Source: a bacterium
GTDB lineage: Bacteria; Bacteroidota; Ignavibacteria; UBA10030
Assembly: GCA_043803945.1 (NCBI GenBank)
Contig: JAZDJN010000020.1
Span: 1-19,488, forward strand
Length of the DNA: 19,488 nt
Direction: 5' to 3'
Positions 1 through 7,239 of this stretch are shown in pieces. The notes beneath the pieces were generated by a model, which was not told the DNA's origin, did no database searches, and saw nothing but the letters and a program-made list of their open reading frames with translations. How positions within the stretch are numbered: the stretch's first letter is position 1; every line of letters starts with the position of its first letter. The position numbers were made by a program, and so were the translations under genes.

Positions 1-541
1 GATTCTTACAAGATTTCATTATTCCTCAAGGCGGATTGTCCCGCCTCTTCTCATTGCACTTCTGTTCTATTTAGCGCCACCCCCACTTCTAGCTCAGGAA
101 AAAGGATTACAACGTGAGAGAATTGAAAATGCACGATGGGCAATCGTCGAAGGAACAGTAGTAATTAATTATGATCTTGTTGCGAAGCCTGATGTTGAAT
201 ATGAGGTGAAAATCGTATTAAAGAGAGAATCCGATAGGAATTTTAGTTTTACTCCAAAAACTGTATCAGGTGCAATTGGGGAAGGGAAACATGCAGGTGT
301 CAACAAAGAAATTCGATGGTCTTATATGAAGGATCTTCCTTCAGGTATTTATGGTGACGGTTACTTTTTTGAATTTAGTGTCGATGTTGTGGAATCCAGT
401 AGCTGGTATTATTATGCCTTAGGAGCCTTGGCGGTTATTGGCGGAGGAGGAGCATATTTTTTAGGGAAACCTAAAACAGGAGGAGATAGTACAGTTCCAC
501 AAGGATTACCTGAAGCACCTAAAACAAGACCGAATCAATGA
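1..541 (+). CDS. Secreted/membrane-anchored hypothetical protein, 5' end at the window edge
   Basis: The frame of the 206..541 ORF is open back to position 2: ILTRFHYSSRRIVPPLLIALLFYLAPPPLLA|QEKGLQRERIENARWAIVEGTVVINYDLVAKPDVEYEVK. This gives a signal peptide, a beta-rich domain and a C-terminal hydrophobic segment (WYYYALGALAVIGGGGAYFL) with a Pro-rich tail. The G at position 1 may be the end of the ATG. Confidence 0.8.
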   Translation, partial: ILTRFHYSSRRIVPPLLIALLFYLAPPPLLAQEKGLQRERIENARWAIVEGTVVINYDLVAKPDVEYEVKIVLKRESDRNFSFTPKTVSGAIGEGKHAGVNKEIRWSYMKDLPSGIYGDGYFFEFSVDVVESSSWYYYALGALAVIGGGGAYFLGKPKTGGDSTVPQGLPEAPKTRPNQ

Positions 542-669
542 TGATAATGTATGAATAAAAGTAATTGCTCAGCGTGAAATTCACTATATCAATGTGGTCT
601 CTGGTTCTCCTTGAGGAAAACACAGTATCAATTGGATACTGAACAGGCGGTTGTATGAGGAATAAATTT

Positions 670-740
670 CCCGCTTTCGAAAAGGGGGGAAGGGGGATTT
701 GGTATTACTCATGAGAAAGAAGTTTTATGAAATCCCCCCG
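670..740. repeat. G/C-tract palindromic intergenic repeat (REP-like), inverted pair with the second unit truncated
   Basis: Hairpin CCCgCTTT-cga-AAAGgGGG (670-689) followed by AGGGGGATTT (691-700). The inverse AAATCCCCCC lies at 730-739 and stops at the MITE boundary. Confidence 0.5.
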
Positions 741-741
741 G

Positions 742-861
742 GAGGGTGTCTGAAATGTAGGACGAGTTGCCAACTCGTCCACGTTGGAGTTGCGAAAATT
801 CATCGGATTGCACAATATTGAAAAACGAGGTTGACCCATTCAATACTTTTCAGACACCCTC
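742..861. mobile_element. MITE-like non-autonomous element (120 bp)
   Basis: Terminal inverted repeats GAGGGTGTCTGAAA (742-755) and TTTCAGACACCCTC (848-861) match 14/14, and 17/18 when extended. No coding capacity and no obvious target-site duplication. Confidence 0.7.
757..782. repeat. GTAG-type REP palindrome inside the MITE
   Basis: GTAG-GACGAGTTG-C-CAACTCGTC-CAC: a GTAG tetranucleotide foot followed by a perfect palindrome, the layout of RAYT-associated REPs. Confidence 0.6.
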
Positions 862-943
862 AGAAAGACAAGAGACACTCAATACATTCTTAGACATGCT
901 GAGTAATTACGAATGAAATTTACCGAGGTGATTGGAGGTAATA

Positions 944-2446
944 ATGAATAATAAGATATGCCTCTGGATAATGATTGTATCTCTGCCAATGATTCTTGAG
1001 GCACAACAGATTACTGGAAAGACGAGTGCCGGATCTTTCGGGTCGCCACCGGTTGCACTCTCTATCGAGGTTGCTTTTATCGATCCATCAGGCAACAACA
1101 TATTGGATGCAGGAGAGACGGGGAGAATAACGCTAACGGTAAGCAATAGTGGGAAAGTTGACGCGCAGAATGTCATCGCAAAGTTTTCAACTTCGATTCA
1201 ACAACCTAAACTCGTGTTCCCACCTTCGATCTCATTAGGTACTATTGCAGCGGGGACATCCTCCACAAAGGAAGTATCGATAACAGCATCGGAAACCATA
1301 TCTAATCAGGTTTTGGACATTGCCATTGAAGTCACTGCTACTGATCTCATTGCTCTTCTGCAAAAAAATCTAACGATGATCACCAAAGAAAAGGTGATAA
1401 CTGAATCAATAGCGCCGGATATTGAGATCCTGGAGCCTGTCAGGATAACCACGCGTGGCATAAAAGTCGTTGATCAGAAAGGCGATTATCAAACTGAAAA
1501 GAGTAGCGTTGTAGTAAAAGGTGTCGTAACTGATGCTAGTGGAGTGAAACTCATCTCGATCAATGGAAAGGAGATTCAATTCTCTTTAACCGCGAAAGGA
1601 GCAGAATTTTCACACATCGCATCTTTACAGATCGGAACAAATCCCATTGAAATCAAAGCATTGGACAACTATGGAAATCAAAGAGGAATGGTCTTAGAAG
1701 TAGTTCGTGAAGAAGCTCTTTTAGTAGGTCAATATTATGGATTGATTATTGCCATACAGGATTATCAAAGCTCTGAGATGAATGATCTGGAATATCCAAT
1801 TCAGGACGCCCAGAAATTAATTAAGACTCTCACCACCTCTTATAAATTTGAGCCAAACAATATTACATTTCTTAAAAATCCAAAACGGACAGACATTATC
1901 GAGGCATTCGATCAACTTGCAAAAAAACTGACAGAGAATGATAATTTGTTAATTTTCTATGGCGGACATGGATATTGGGACGAAAAGTTAAAACAAGGAT
2001 ATTGGCTACCCGCGAATGCAAGTCAAGCAACGCGCACAGAATGGATCTCGAATGGGACGGTGCGCGATTACATCGGAGGGGTTTCAACAAAGCACACATT
2101 ATTAGTTTCTGATGCTTGCTTCAGCGGCGGAATCTTCAAGACTCGTGAAGCCTTTACGGCTGCACCACCGGCGATTCAGATGCTCTATAAACGTCCCAGT
2201 AGAAAAGCGATGACGAGTGGAACAATGAAAGAGTCGGTACCCGATAAGAGCGTTTTTGTGGAATACCTGATTAAACGGTTACAGGAGAATAAGGAATCCA
2301 TGCTAACTGCCGAAGTACTTTTTTCAAGTTTTAAGCAAGCTGTAATCAATAACAGTCCGATAAAACAGATTCCTCAATTTGGCGAGATTCGAGAGACCGG
2401 TGATGAAGGAGGAGATTTTATTTTTATGAGAAGAGAAGTGAAATGA
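944..2446 (+). CDS. Secreted caspase-family (peptidase C14) protein with N-terminal Ig-like/CARDB-like domains
   Basis: ATG at 944 follows GGAGG (934-938). Signal peptide ends ...PMILEA|QQ. Beta-sandwich segments include DPSGNNILDAGETGRITLTVSNSG and VVKGVVTDASGV...IKALDNYGN. The C14 domain has YGLIIAIQDY, DLEYPIQDA, the catalytic His motif FYGGHG and the Cys motif DACFSG. Confidence 0.9.
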   Translation: MNNKICLWIMIVSLPMILEAQQITGKTSAGSFGSPPVALSIEVAFIDPSGNNILDAGETGRITLTVSNSGKVDAQNVIAKFSTSIQQPKLVFPPSISLGTIAAGTSSTKEVSITASETISNQVLDIAIEVTATDLIALLQKNLTMITKEKVITESIAPDIEILEPVRITTRGIKVVDQKGDYQTEKSSVVVKGVVTDASGVKLISINGKEIQFSLTAKGAEFSHIASLQIGTNPIEIKALDNYGNQRGMVLEVVREEALLVGQYYGLIIAIQDYQSSEMNDLEYPIQDAQKLIKTLTTSYKFEPNNITFLKNPKRTDIIEAFDQLAKKLTENDNLLIFYGGHGYWDEKLKQGYWLPANASQATRTEWISNGTVRDYIGGVSTKHTLLVSDACFSGGIFKTREAFTAAPPAIQMLYKRPSRKAMTSGTMKESVPDKSVFVEYLIKRLQENKESMLTAEVLFSSFKQAVINNSPIKQIPQFGEIRETGDEGGDFIFMRREVK

Positions 2447-2680
2447 AATAGAGGTTTTAAAAGGCTTCTGTGTTCTTTTCACTCTTTTTGTATGAATAGA
2501 ATGGGGCTTCGTCTGCTCCAGCAGTATCTATCCGCTCCAAAAAGAATTAATCCCTTTTTCATCCTTTCGACCTATACCCGTTTGACGAAATCGTCAGTAT
2601 GTTTTTACGCTTAGTATTGCATATCACTGTCCATTGCTAAAACCTATTCGACGAATAATAATCAGAAGGGGATATCTTCT

Positions 2681-4978
2681 TTGAAAGATAGTGTAACAAA
2701 TTCAACATTCAACCGAATTGCATTCGTCGGAAATTATTTGCCCCGTCAATGCGGCATTGCAACGTTTACCACAGATTTATGTGAGGCTATTGCATCGGCA
2801 TTTATTGAAACAACATGTATTGCTTTGCCGGTCAACGATATCGAAGCTGGTTACGCTTATCCTGCCCGGGTTCGATTTGAACTCACGGAGAAAGACATCC
2901 ATACATACACGCGTGCAGCCGACTTTCTCAATATCAATAATGTTGATTTGGTATGCCTGCAGTTCGAGTATGGAATATTTGGTGGAAAAGCTGGAAGCCA
3001 CATTCTCACGCTCTTGCGTGATCTGCGAATGCCGATTGTCACGACACTCCATACTATACTCAACGACCCAACTCCTGATCAGCGATTGGTGTTGGAAGAG
3101 GTCGCCGCTCTTTCGGATAGATTGGTCGTCATGAGTGAACGCGGTTCTGAATATTTACAAAAAGTCTATCATGTTCTGCCTGAAAAGATTGATCTGATTC
3201 CGCATGGAATTCCTGACGTAGCATTCGTCGATCCAAGTTTCAATAAAGATCTATTTGGCGTAGAGGGTAAAACCGTATTACTCAGTTTTGGCTTACTATC
3301 AGCGAGCAAGGGAATCGAGACGGTTATTTCTGCGTTGCCCGATATTGTTGCCCGCTTTCCCGATGTTGTCTATATCGTTGTTGGTGCGACACATCCTCAT
3401 GTTGTTCAGCATGAAGGTGAAACCTACCGGCTCTCTCTTCAATGGCTCGCTCAACAGAAGGGTGTGGAAAGACATGTAATCTTTTACAACCGCTTTGTCA
3501 GTCTGGAAGAACTGGTTAAGTTTATCGGAGCTGCTGATATCTATATAACACCCTACCTCAATGAAGCACAAATCGTATCCGGAACTCTTGCATACACCTT
3601 AGGAGCAGGGAAGGCAATCATCTCTACACCATATTGGTACGCACAAGAAATGCTTGCCGATAAACGAGGCGTACTTATTCCCTTCCGTGATCCCGCGGCC
3701 TTGGCTGAGCAAGTGATGAACTTGCTGGGCAATGAATCAGAGCGGCACGCAATGCGCAAGCGTGCGTATATGTTTGGGCGAGCGATGATTTGGTCTGAAG
3801 TGGCGAAACGCTATATGGAAAGTTTTGAACGTGCTCGAGCAGAACGTCGCCATTATGTCCCGCCAGGTTTTACTGCGAAAGCACTCGACAAATATCCAAA
3901 TGAATTACCTCCATTAAAAATTGGTCATTTACGTACCATGACAGATGAAACAGGAATTTTGCAGCATGCTCTTTTTACCGTGCCCAACTATTCTCATGGA
4001 TATACCACTGACGACAACGCACGTGCTCTTTTGGTGAGTATTCTCTTAGACGAATTGGGGAACAGTGAAAGCTTCGGATTAACTTCCCGCTATCTTGCGT
4101 TCCTCGGGTTTGCATTTAATGTCCAGAATAAACGCTTTCGAAATGTCATGGATTATCAACGCAAGTGGGCAGAAGATACAGGTTCGGACGATAGCCATGG
4201 TCGGGCATTATGGGCATTAGGAACGATCTTGAGTCATTCTTCGACACCGTCATTCAATAGTATGGCAGGCTGGCTGTTTGAGCAAGCTCTTCCTTCCATC
4301 CTTGTAACGACCAGCCCGCGCGCCTGGGCATTTGCTCTCATCGGCATTTCCGAGTATTCACAAAAGTATTCCGGTGATCGAATGGCTCACCAGGTCAGCG
4401 AAGAATTGGCAGGTCGACTTTTGAGATTGTATCAAAGTAATCGCTCGGATGATTGGCGCTGGTTTGAACGAAGTTTGACCTATTGCAATGCGGTTTTGTC
4501 TCATGCCCTCCTCATCTGCGGCAAATCAATTCCTAATAGCGCTATGACTGATGCCGGATTGGAGTCGTTACGTTGGCTGGCTGCTCTGCACCGAGCGGGC
4601 AATGGACATTTTGTACCAATAGGTTCGAATGGATTTTATCCGTTTGGAAACGAACGTGCCCGCTTCGATCAACAGCCGGTGGAAGCGCAGGCGATGGTTT
4701 CAGCTTGTCTCGAAGCATTCAGAATTACAGGAGACAAATACTGGAATAAAGAAGCCCGGCGCGCGTTCGAGTGGTTCCTCGGGCGGAACGATTTGAAGCT
4801 TCCTTTGTATGATGCAACAACCGGCGGCTGCCGTGATGGTTTACATCCCGACCGGCCGAATGAAAATCAAGGAGCAGAATCTACACTTGCATTTCTTCAG
4901 TCTTTATTGGAATTGCGTTTAGCAGAACAGGCACATTTATCCATGGAGGCATTATTACAACGAACAATCAACATTTAG
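2681..4978 (+). CDS. GT4-family glycosyltransferase fused to a C-terminal (alpha/alpha)-barrel glycosidase-like domain
   Basis: GT-B motifs GNYLPRQCGIATFT, QFEYGIFGG, IPHGIP, FGLLSASKGIE and SGTLAYTLGAGKAIISTPY. The C-terminal domain carries GYTTDDNARAL, DDSHGRALWALG, FDQQPVEA and NENQGAESTLA. Confidence 0.9.
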   Translation: MKDSVTNSTFNRIAFVGNYLPRQCGIATFTTDLCEAIASAFIETTCIALPVNDIEAGYAYPARVRFELTEKDIHTYTRAADFLNINNVDLVCLQFEYGIFGGKAGSHILTLLRDLRMPIVTTLHTILNDPTPDQRLVLEEVAALSDRLVVMSERGSEYLQKVYHVLPEKIDLIPHGIPDVAFVDPSFNKDLFGVEGKTVLLSFGLLSASKGIETVISALPDIVARFPDVVYIVVGATHPHVVQHEGETYRLSLQWLAQQKGVERHVIFYNRFVSLEELVKFIGAADIYITPYLNEAQIVSGTLAYTLGAGKAIISTPYWYAQEMLADKRGVLIPFRDPAALAEQVMNLLGNESERHAMRKRAYMFGRAMIWSEVAKRYMESFERARAERRHYVPPGFTAKALDKYPNELPPLKIGHLRTMTDETGILQHALFTVPNYSHGYTTDDNARALLVSILLDELGNSESFGLTSRYLAFLGFAFNVQNKRFRNVMDYQRKWAEDTGSDDSHGRALWALGTILSHSSTPSFNSMAGWLFEQALPSILVTTSPRAWAFALIGISEYSQKYSGDRMAHQVSEELAGRLLRLYQSNRSDDWRWFERSLTYCNAVLSHALLICGKSIPNSAMTDAGLESLRWLAALHRAGNGHFVPIGSNGFYPFGNERARFDQQPVEAQAMVSACLEAFRITGDKYWNKEARRAFEWFLGRNDLKLPLYDATTGGCRDGLHPDRPNENQGAESTLAFLQSLLELRLAEQAHLSMEALLQRTINI

Positions 4979-5904
4979 AACTTTTTTCCCGGCATAAACT
5001 GAATCCAATTCTTTCAGCCGGAAATTGGCCCTATCCTATCAACAGTGTGTTCAATGCGGGTGCTGCGATGCTGCCTGATGGAACAACATTGCTCTTGTGT
5101 CGAGTGGAAGACCGGAGAGGACTTTCTCACTTGTGCGCTGCCCGATCTACGAACGGAATAGATGGCTGGAAGATAGATAAGGAGCCAACGCTATTACCCG
5201 ATCCTCAAAATTTCCCCGAAGAACTTTGGGGCATTGAAGATCCGCGTATCACGTTTGTGCCCGAATTAAAAAAATATGCAGTCGTCTATACTGCATATAC
5301 GCGCGATGGTCCTGGTGTTGCTTTAGCCCTTACGGAAGACTTTCACACCTTTGAACGCTTTGGTGTGATCATGCCGCCTGAAGATAAAGATGCAGCACTT
5401 TTACCAATTCGAATTGACGGTAACTGGGCTTTGATTCATCGTCCTGTGAGTGCACCGAGAGCGCATATGTGGATTTCGTACTCGCCGGACCTTAAAAACT
5501 GGGGCGGTCATACGCTCATGATGCAAGCCCGGAAGGGTGCATGGTGGGATGCAAATAAAATTGGTCTTTCGCCCCCGCCCATTGAAACACCCCAGGGATG
5601 GTTAGTGATATACCATGGTGTAAAACAGTCTTGTGCCGGGTGCATCTATAGGATAGGACTTGCACTTTTTGATTTGAACAGGCCGGAGCTTTTGCTTAAG
5701 CGCAGCAACGAATGGGTTTTCGCTCCGGAAGAACTGTACGAACAACGCGGTGACGTCGGATATGTTGTATTTCCGTGCGGATACACGATTGGCCAGGATG
5801 GCGATGCCATCAATATTTATTATGGTGCGGCAGATACGAGTATAGCCCTAGCGACCAGCAGCATACGCAAGATGCTTGAGTGGCTCGAAGAGCATAGCAA
5901 ATAA
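4960..5904 (+). CDS. GH130-family glycosidase/mannoside phosphorylase (5-bladed propeller)
   Basis: Motifs VFNAGA, GIEDPRIT, EDKDAAL, LIHRP, PPIETPQGWLVIYHGV, VVFPCG and IYYGAADT. The conserved N-terminus (ELFSRHKLNPILSAGNWPYPINSVFN) lies upstream of the track's 5047 start. The expected start position (4960) reads ACG, so the start coordinate is uncertain. Confidence 0.88.
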   Translation, partial: TNNQHLELFSRHKLNPILSAGNWPYPINSVFNAGAAMLPDGTTLLLCRVEDRRGLSHLCAARSTNGIDGWKIDKEPTLLPDPQNFPEELWGIEDPRITFVPELKKYAVVYTAYTRDGPGVALALTEDFHTFERFGVIMPPEDKDAALLPIRIDGNWALIHRPVSAPRAHMWISYSPDLKNWGGHTLMMQARKGAWWDANKIGLSPPPIETPQGWLVIYHGVKQSCAGCIYRIGLALFDLNRPELLLKRSNEWVFAPEELYEQRGDVGYVVFPCGYTIGQDGDAINIYYGAADTSIALATSSIRKMLEWLEEHSK

Positions 5905-6061
5905 ACCATTGACATCCATCAGTGTGTGTTGGAAGTGGAGGTATGGCACCAATACATACTATCAAGTATTCATGGATGAAGAAATTACTATCGTAGCAGG
6001 AATAAATAATACGATCCTATGAAGCAAGGATTCTTAATCTCAACTAAAAGGGTAAAACATC

Positions 6062-6196
6062 ATGAGCAAAGGTCAAAACAGTAAAAAGGGTTCAAAGAAA
6101 GAACCAGTAAAATCCTTGAAAGAAAAAAGGGCGGCTAAGAAAGAGAAAAAAAATGAAAAGATGAACCAGGGAATCCTCACTCAATTACACAGTTGA
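6062..6196 (+). CDS. Small Lys-rich hypothetical protein (44 aa)
   Basis: MSKGQNSKKGSKKEPVKSLKEKRAAKKEKKNEKMNQGILTQLHS*, preceded by AAAAGGG. Resembles a recurring family of short basic peptides (K..KKEP.KSLKEKRA.KK.KK). Below the ORF-track cutoff. Confidence 0.7.
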   Translation: MSKGQNSKKGSKKEPVKSLKEKRAAKKEKKNEKMNQGILTQLHS

Positions 6197-6380
6197 GATT
6201 TTAGAAAGCGGCAGCTTTTTGAAAAACAGAGAACCGCCGGATGGATAATTTTAGATTTAGTACACATGGCTGAGACGCAAGCATCAGTATACTTTTTCAC
6301 GTGCGGTTGAGCATTTCCTCTTATGAACGTCCGAAGGGAACCTCTTCTGAGGAATACCTGAAAGGAAAGGACATTGGGCA

Positions 6381-6482
6381 ATGAACTGGGATCGAATTGA
6401 AGGAGAGTGGATGCGAAGAAGGCATCGAGGAAAAGAAACTATAATATTTGTTCAAACGCCACATTTCAACCTTTACCAATAA
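6381..6482 (+). pseudogene. Truncated CsbD-like stress protein remnant
   Basis: AAAGGA then MNWDRIEGEW, matching the CsbD/YjbJ N-terminal signature MNWDRIEGxWKQ. Similarity is lost after about 12 codons and a TAA occurs at 6480. Confidence 0.55.
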
Positions 6483-6498
6483 GACAGTTATTCTCAAA

Positions 6499-7239
6499 AT
6501 GTCCTTGAATAAGTTGAAAGCAATAATAGTTGATGACGAGCTGTATGGAAGGGAAAATCTTAAGAAGATCATTGAAACGTATTGCCATGAGATCGAAGTA
6601 TTGGGCTGTGCTGATTCTGTTGTCAGTGCGAAGGAACTTGTTAGTGCTCATAAACCTGATGTAGTATTTCTCGATATTACTATGCCGGTTCTCGATGGAT
6701 TCGACTTCCTGGAAGAATATGATGAACCAAATTTTATGGTCGTATTCGTGAGCGCTTATGAGGAATATGGCATCAATGCGGTAAAAGCCGGCGCTGCAGA
6801 TTATCTTCTTAAACCGATAAACATTAAGGAGCTTAAACAGGCAGTTAAAAAACTTCTATTGTTGCAGAGTCGAAGAGTGAAAGGTGAGATTCTGTATGAT
6901 GCGGATAAATTAGTTCTTCCTGCATCTCACGGCTTTACCGTGCTGTTTCTTGATGATATTCTCCGGCTGGAAGCAGAAGGGTCATATACGAAAGTAATTA
7001 TGAAAGCCGGAAAAAACGCACTCGTTACCCGCACATTAAAAGATTTTGAGGATACAATACCGAAAGATAAATTTTTCAGAATTCATAAATCACATCTCAT
7101 CAACCTAAAATTTGTAAAAGAATATTCAAACGTCGACGGGGGCTTTGTCACAATGACTGATGGAAGCAGGGTTGAGGTCTCTCGCCGAAAAGCGCAAGAG
7201 TTTGTTCAGAAAATAAGGACAGTGCTCAATGCTGTATAA
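6499..7239 (+). CDS. LytTR-family two-component response regulator
   Basis: REC domain: AIIVDDE, VFLDITMP (phosphoacceptor Asp), VFVSAY, DYLLKP. LytTR domain: ILRLEAEGSYT, FFRIHKSHLINL, VSRRK. ATG 6499 is preferred to TTG 6448. Confidence 0.95.
   Translation: MSLNKLKAIIVDDELYGRENLKKIIETYCHEIEVLGCADSVVSAKELVSAHKPDVVFLDITMPVLDGFDFLEEYDEPNFMVVFVSAYEEYGINAVKAGAADYLLKPINIKELKQAVKKLLLLQSRRVKGEILYDADKLVLPASHGFTVLFLDDILRLEAEGSYTKVIMKAGKNALVTRTLKDFEDTIPKDKFFRIHKSHLINLKFVKEYSNVDGGFVTMTDGSRVEVSRRKAQEFVQKIRTVLNAV

Noticed and set aside
2449-2490. Intrinsic terminator after the caspase gene
   Set aside because: The stem AGAGGTTTT/AAGGCTTCT depends on several G-U pairs and is too weak to call.
2583-2596. 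Palindrome TGACGA-AA-TCGTCA upstream of GT4 as an operator
   Set aside because: A single short occurrence with no assignable regulator; could be chance.
5943-5996. 17-aa ORF MAPIHTIKYSWMKKLLS after GGAGGT
   Set aside because: The Shine-Dalgarno-like sequence abuts the ATG with no spacer and there is no other support.
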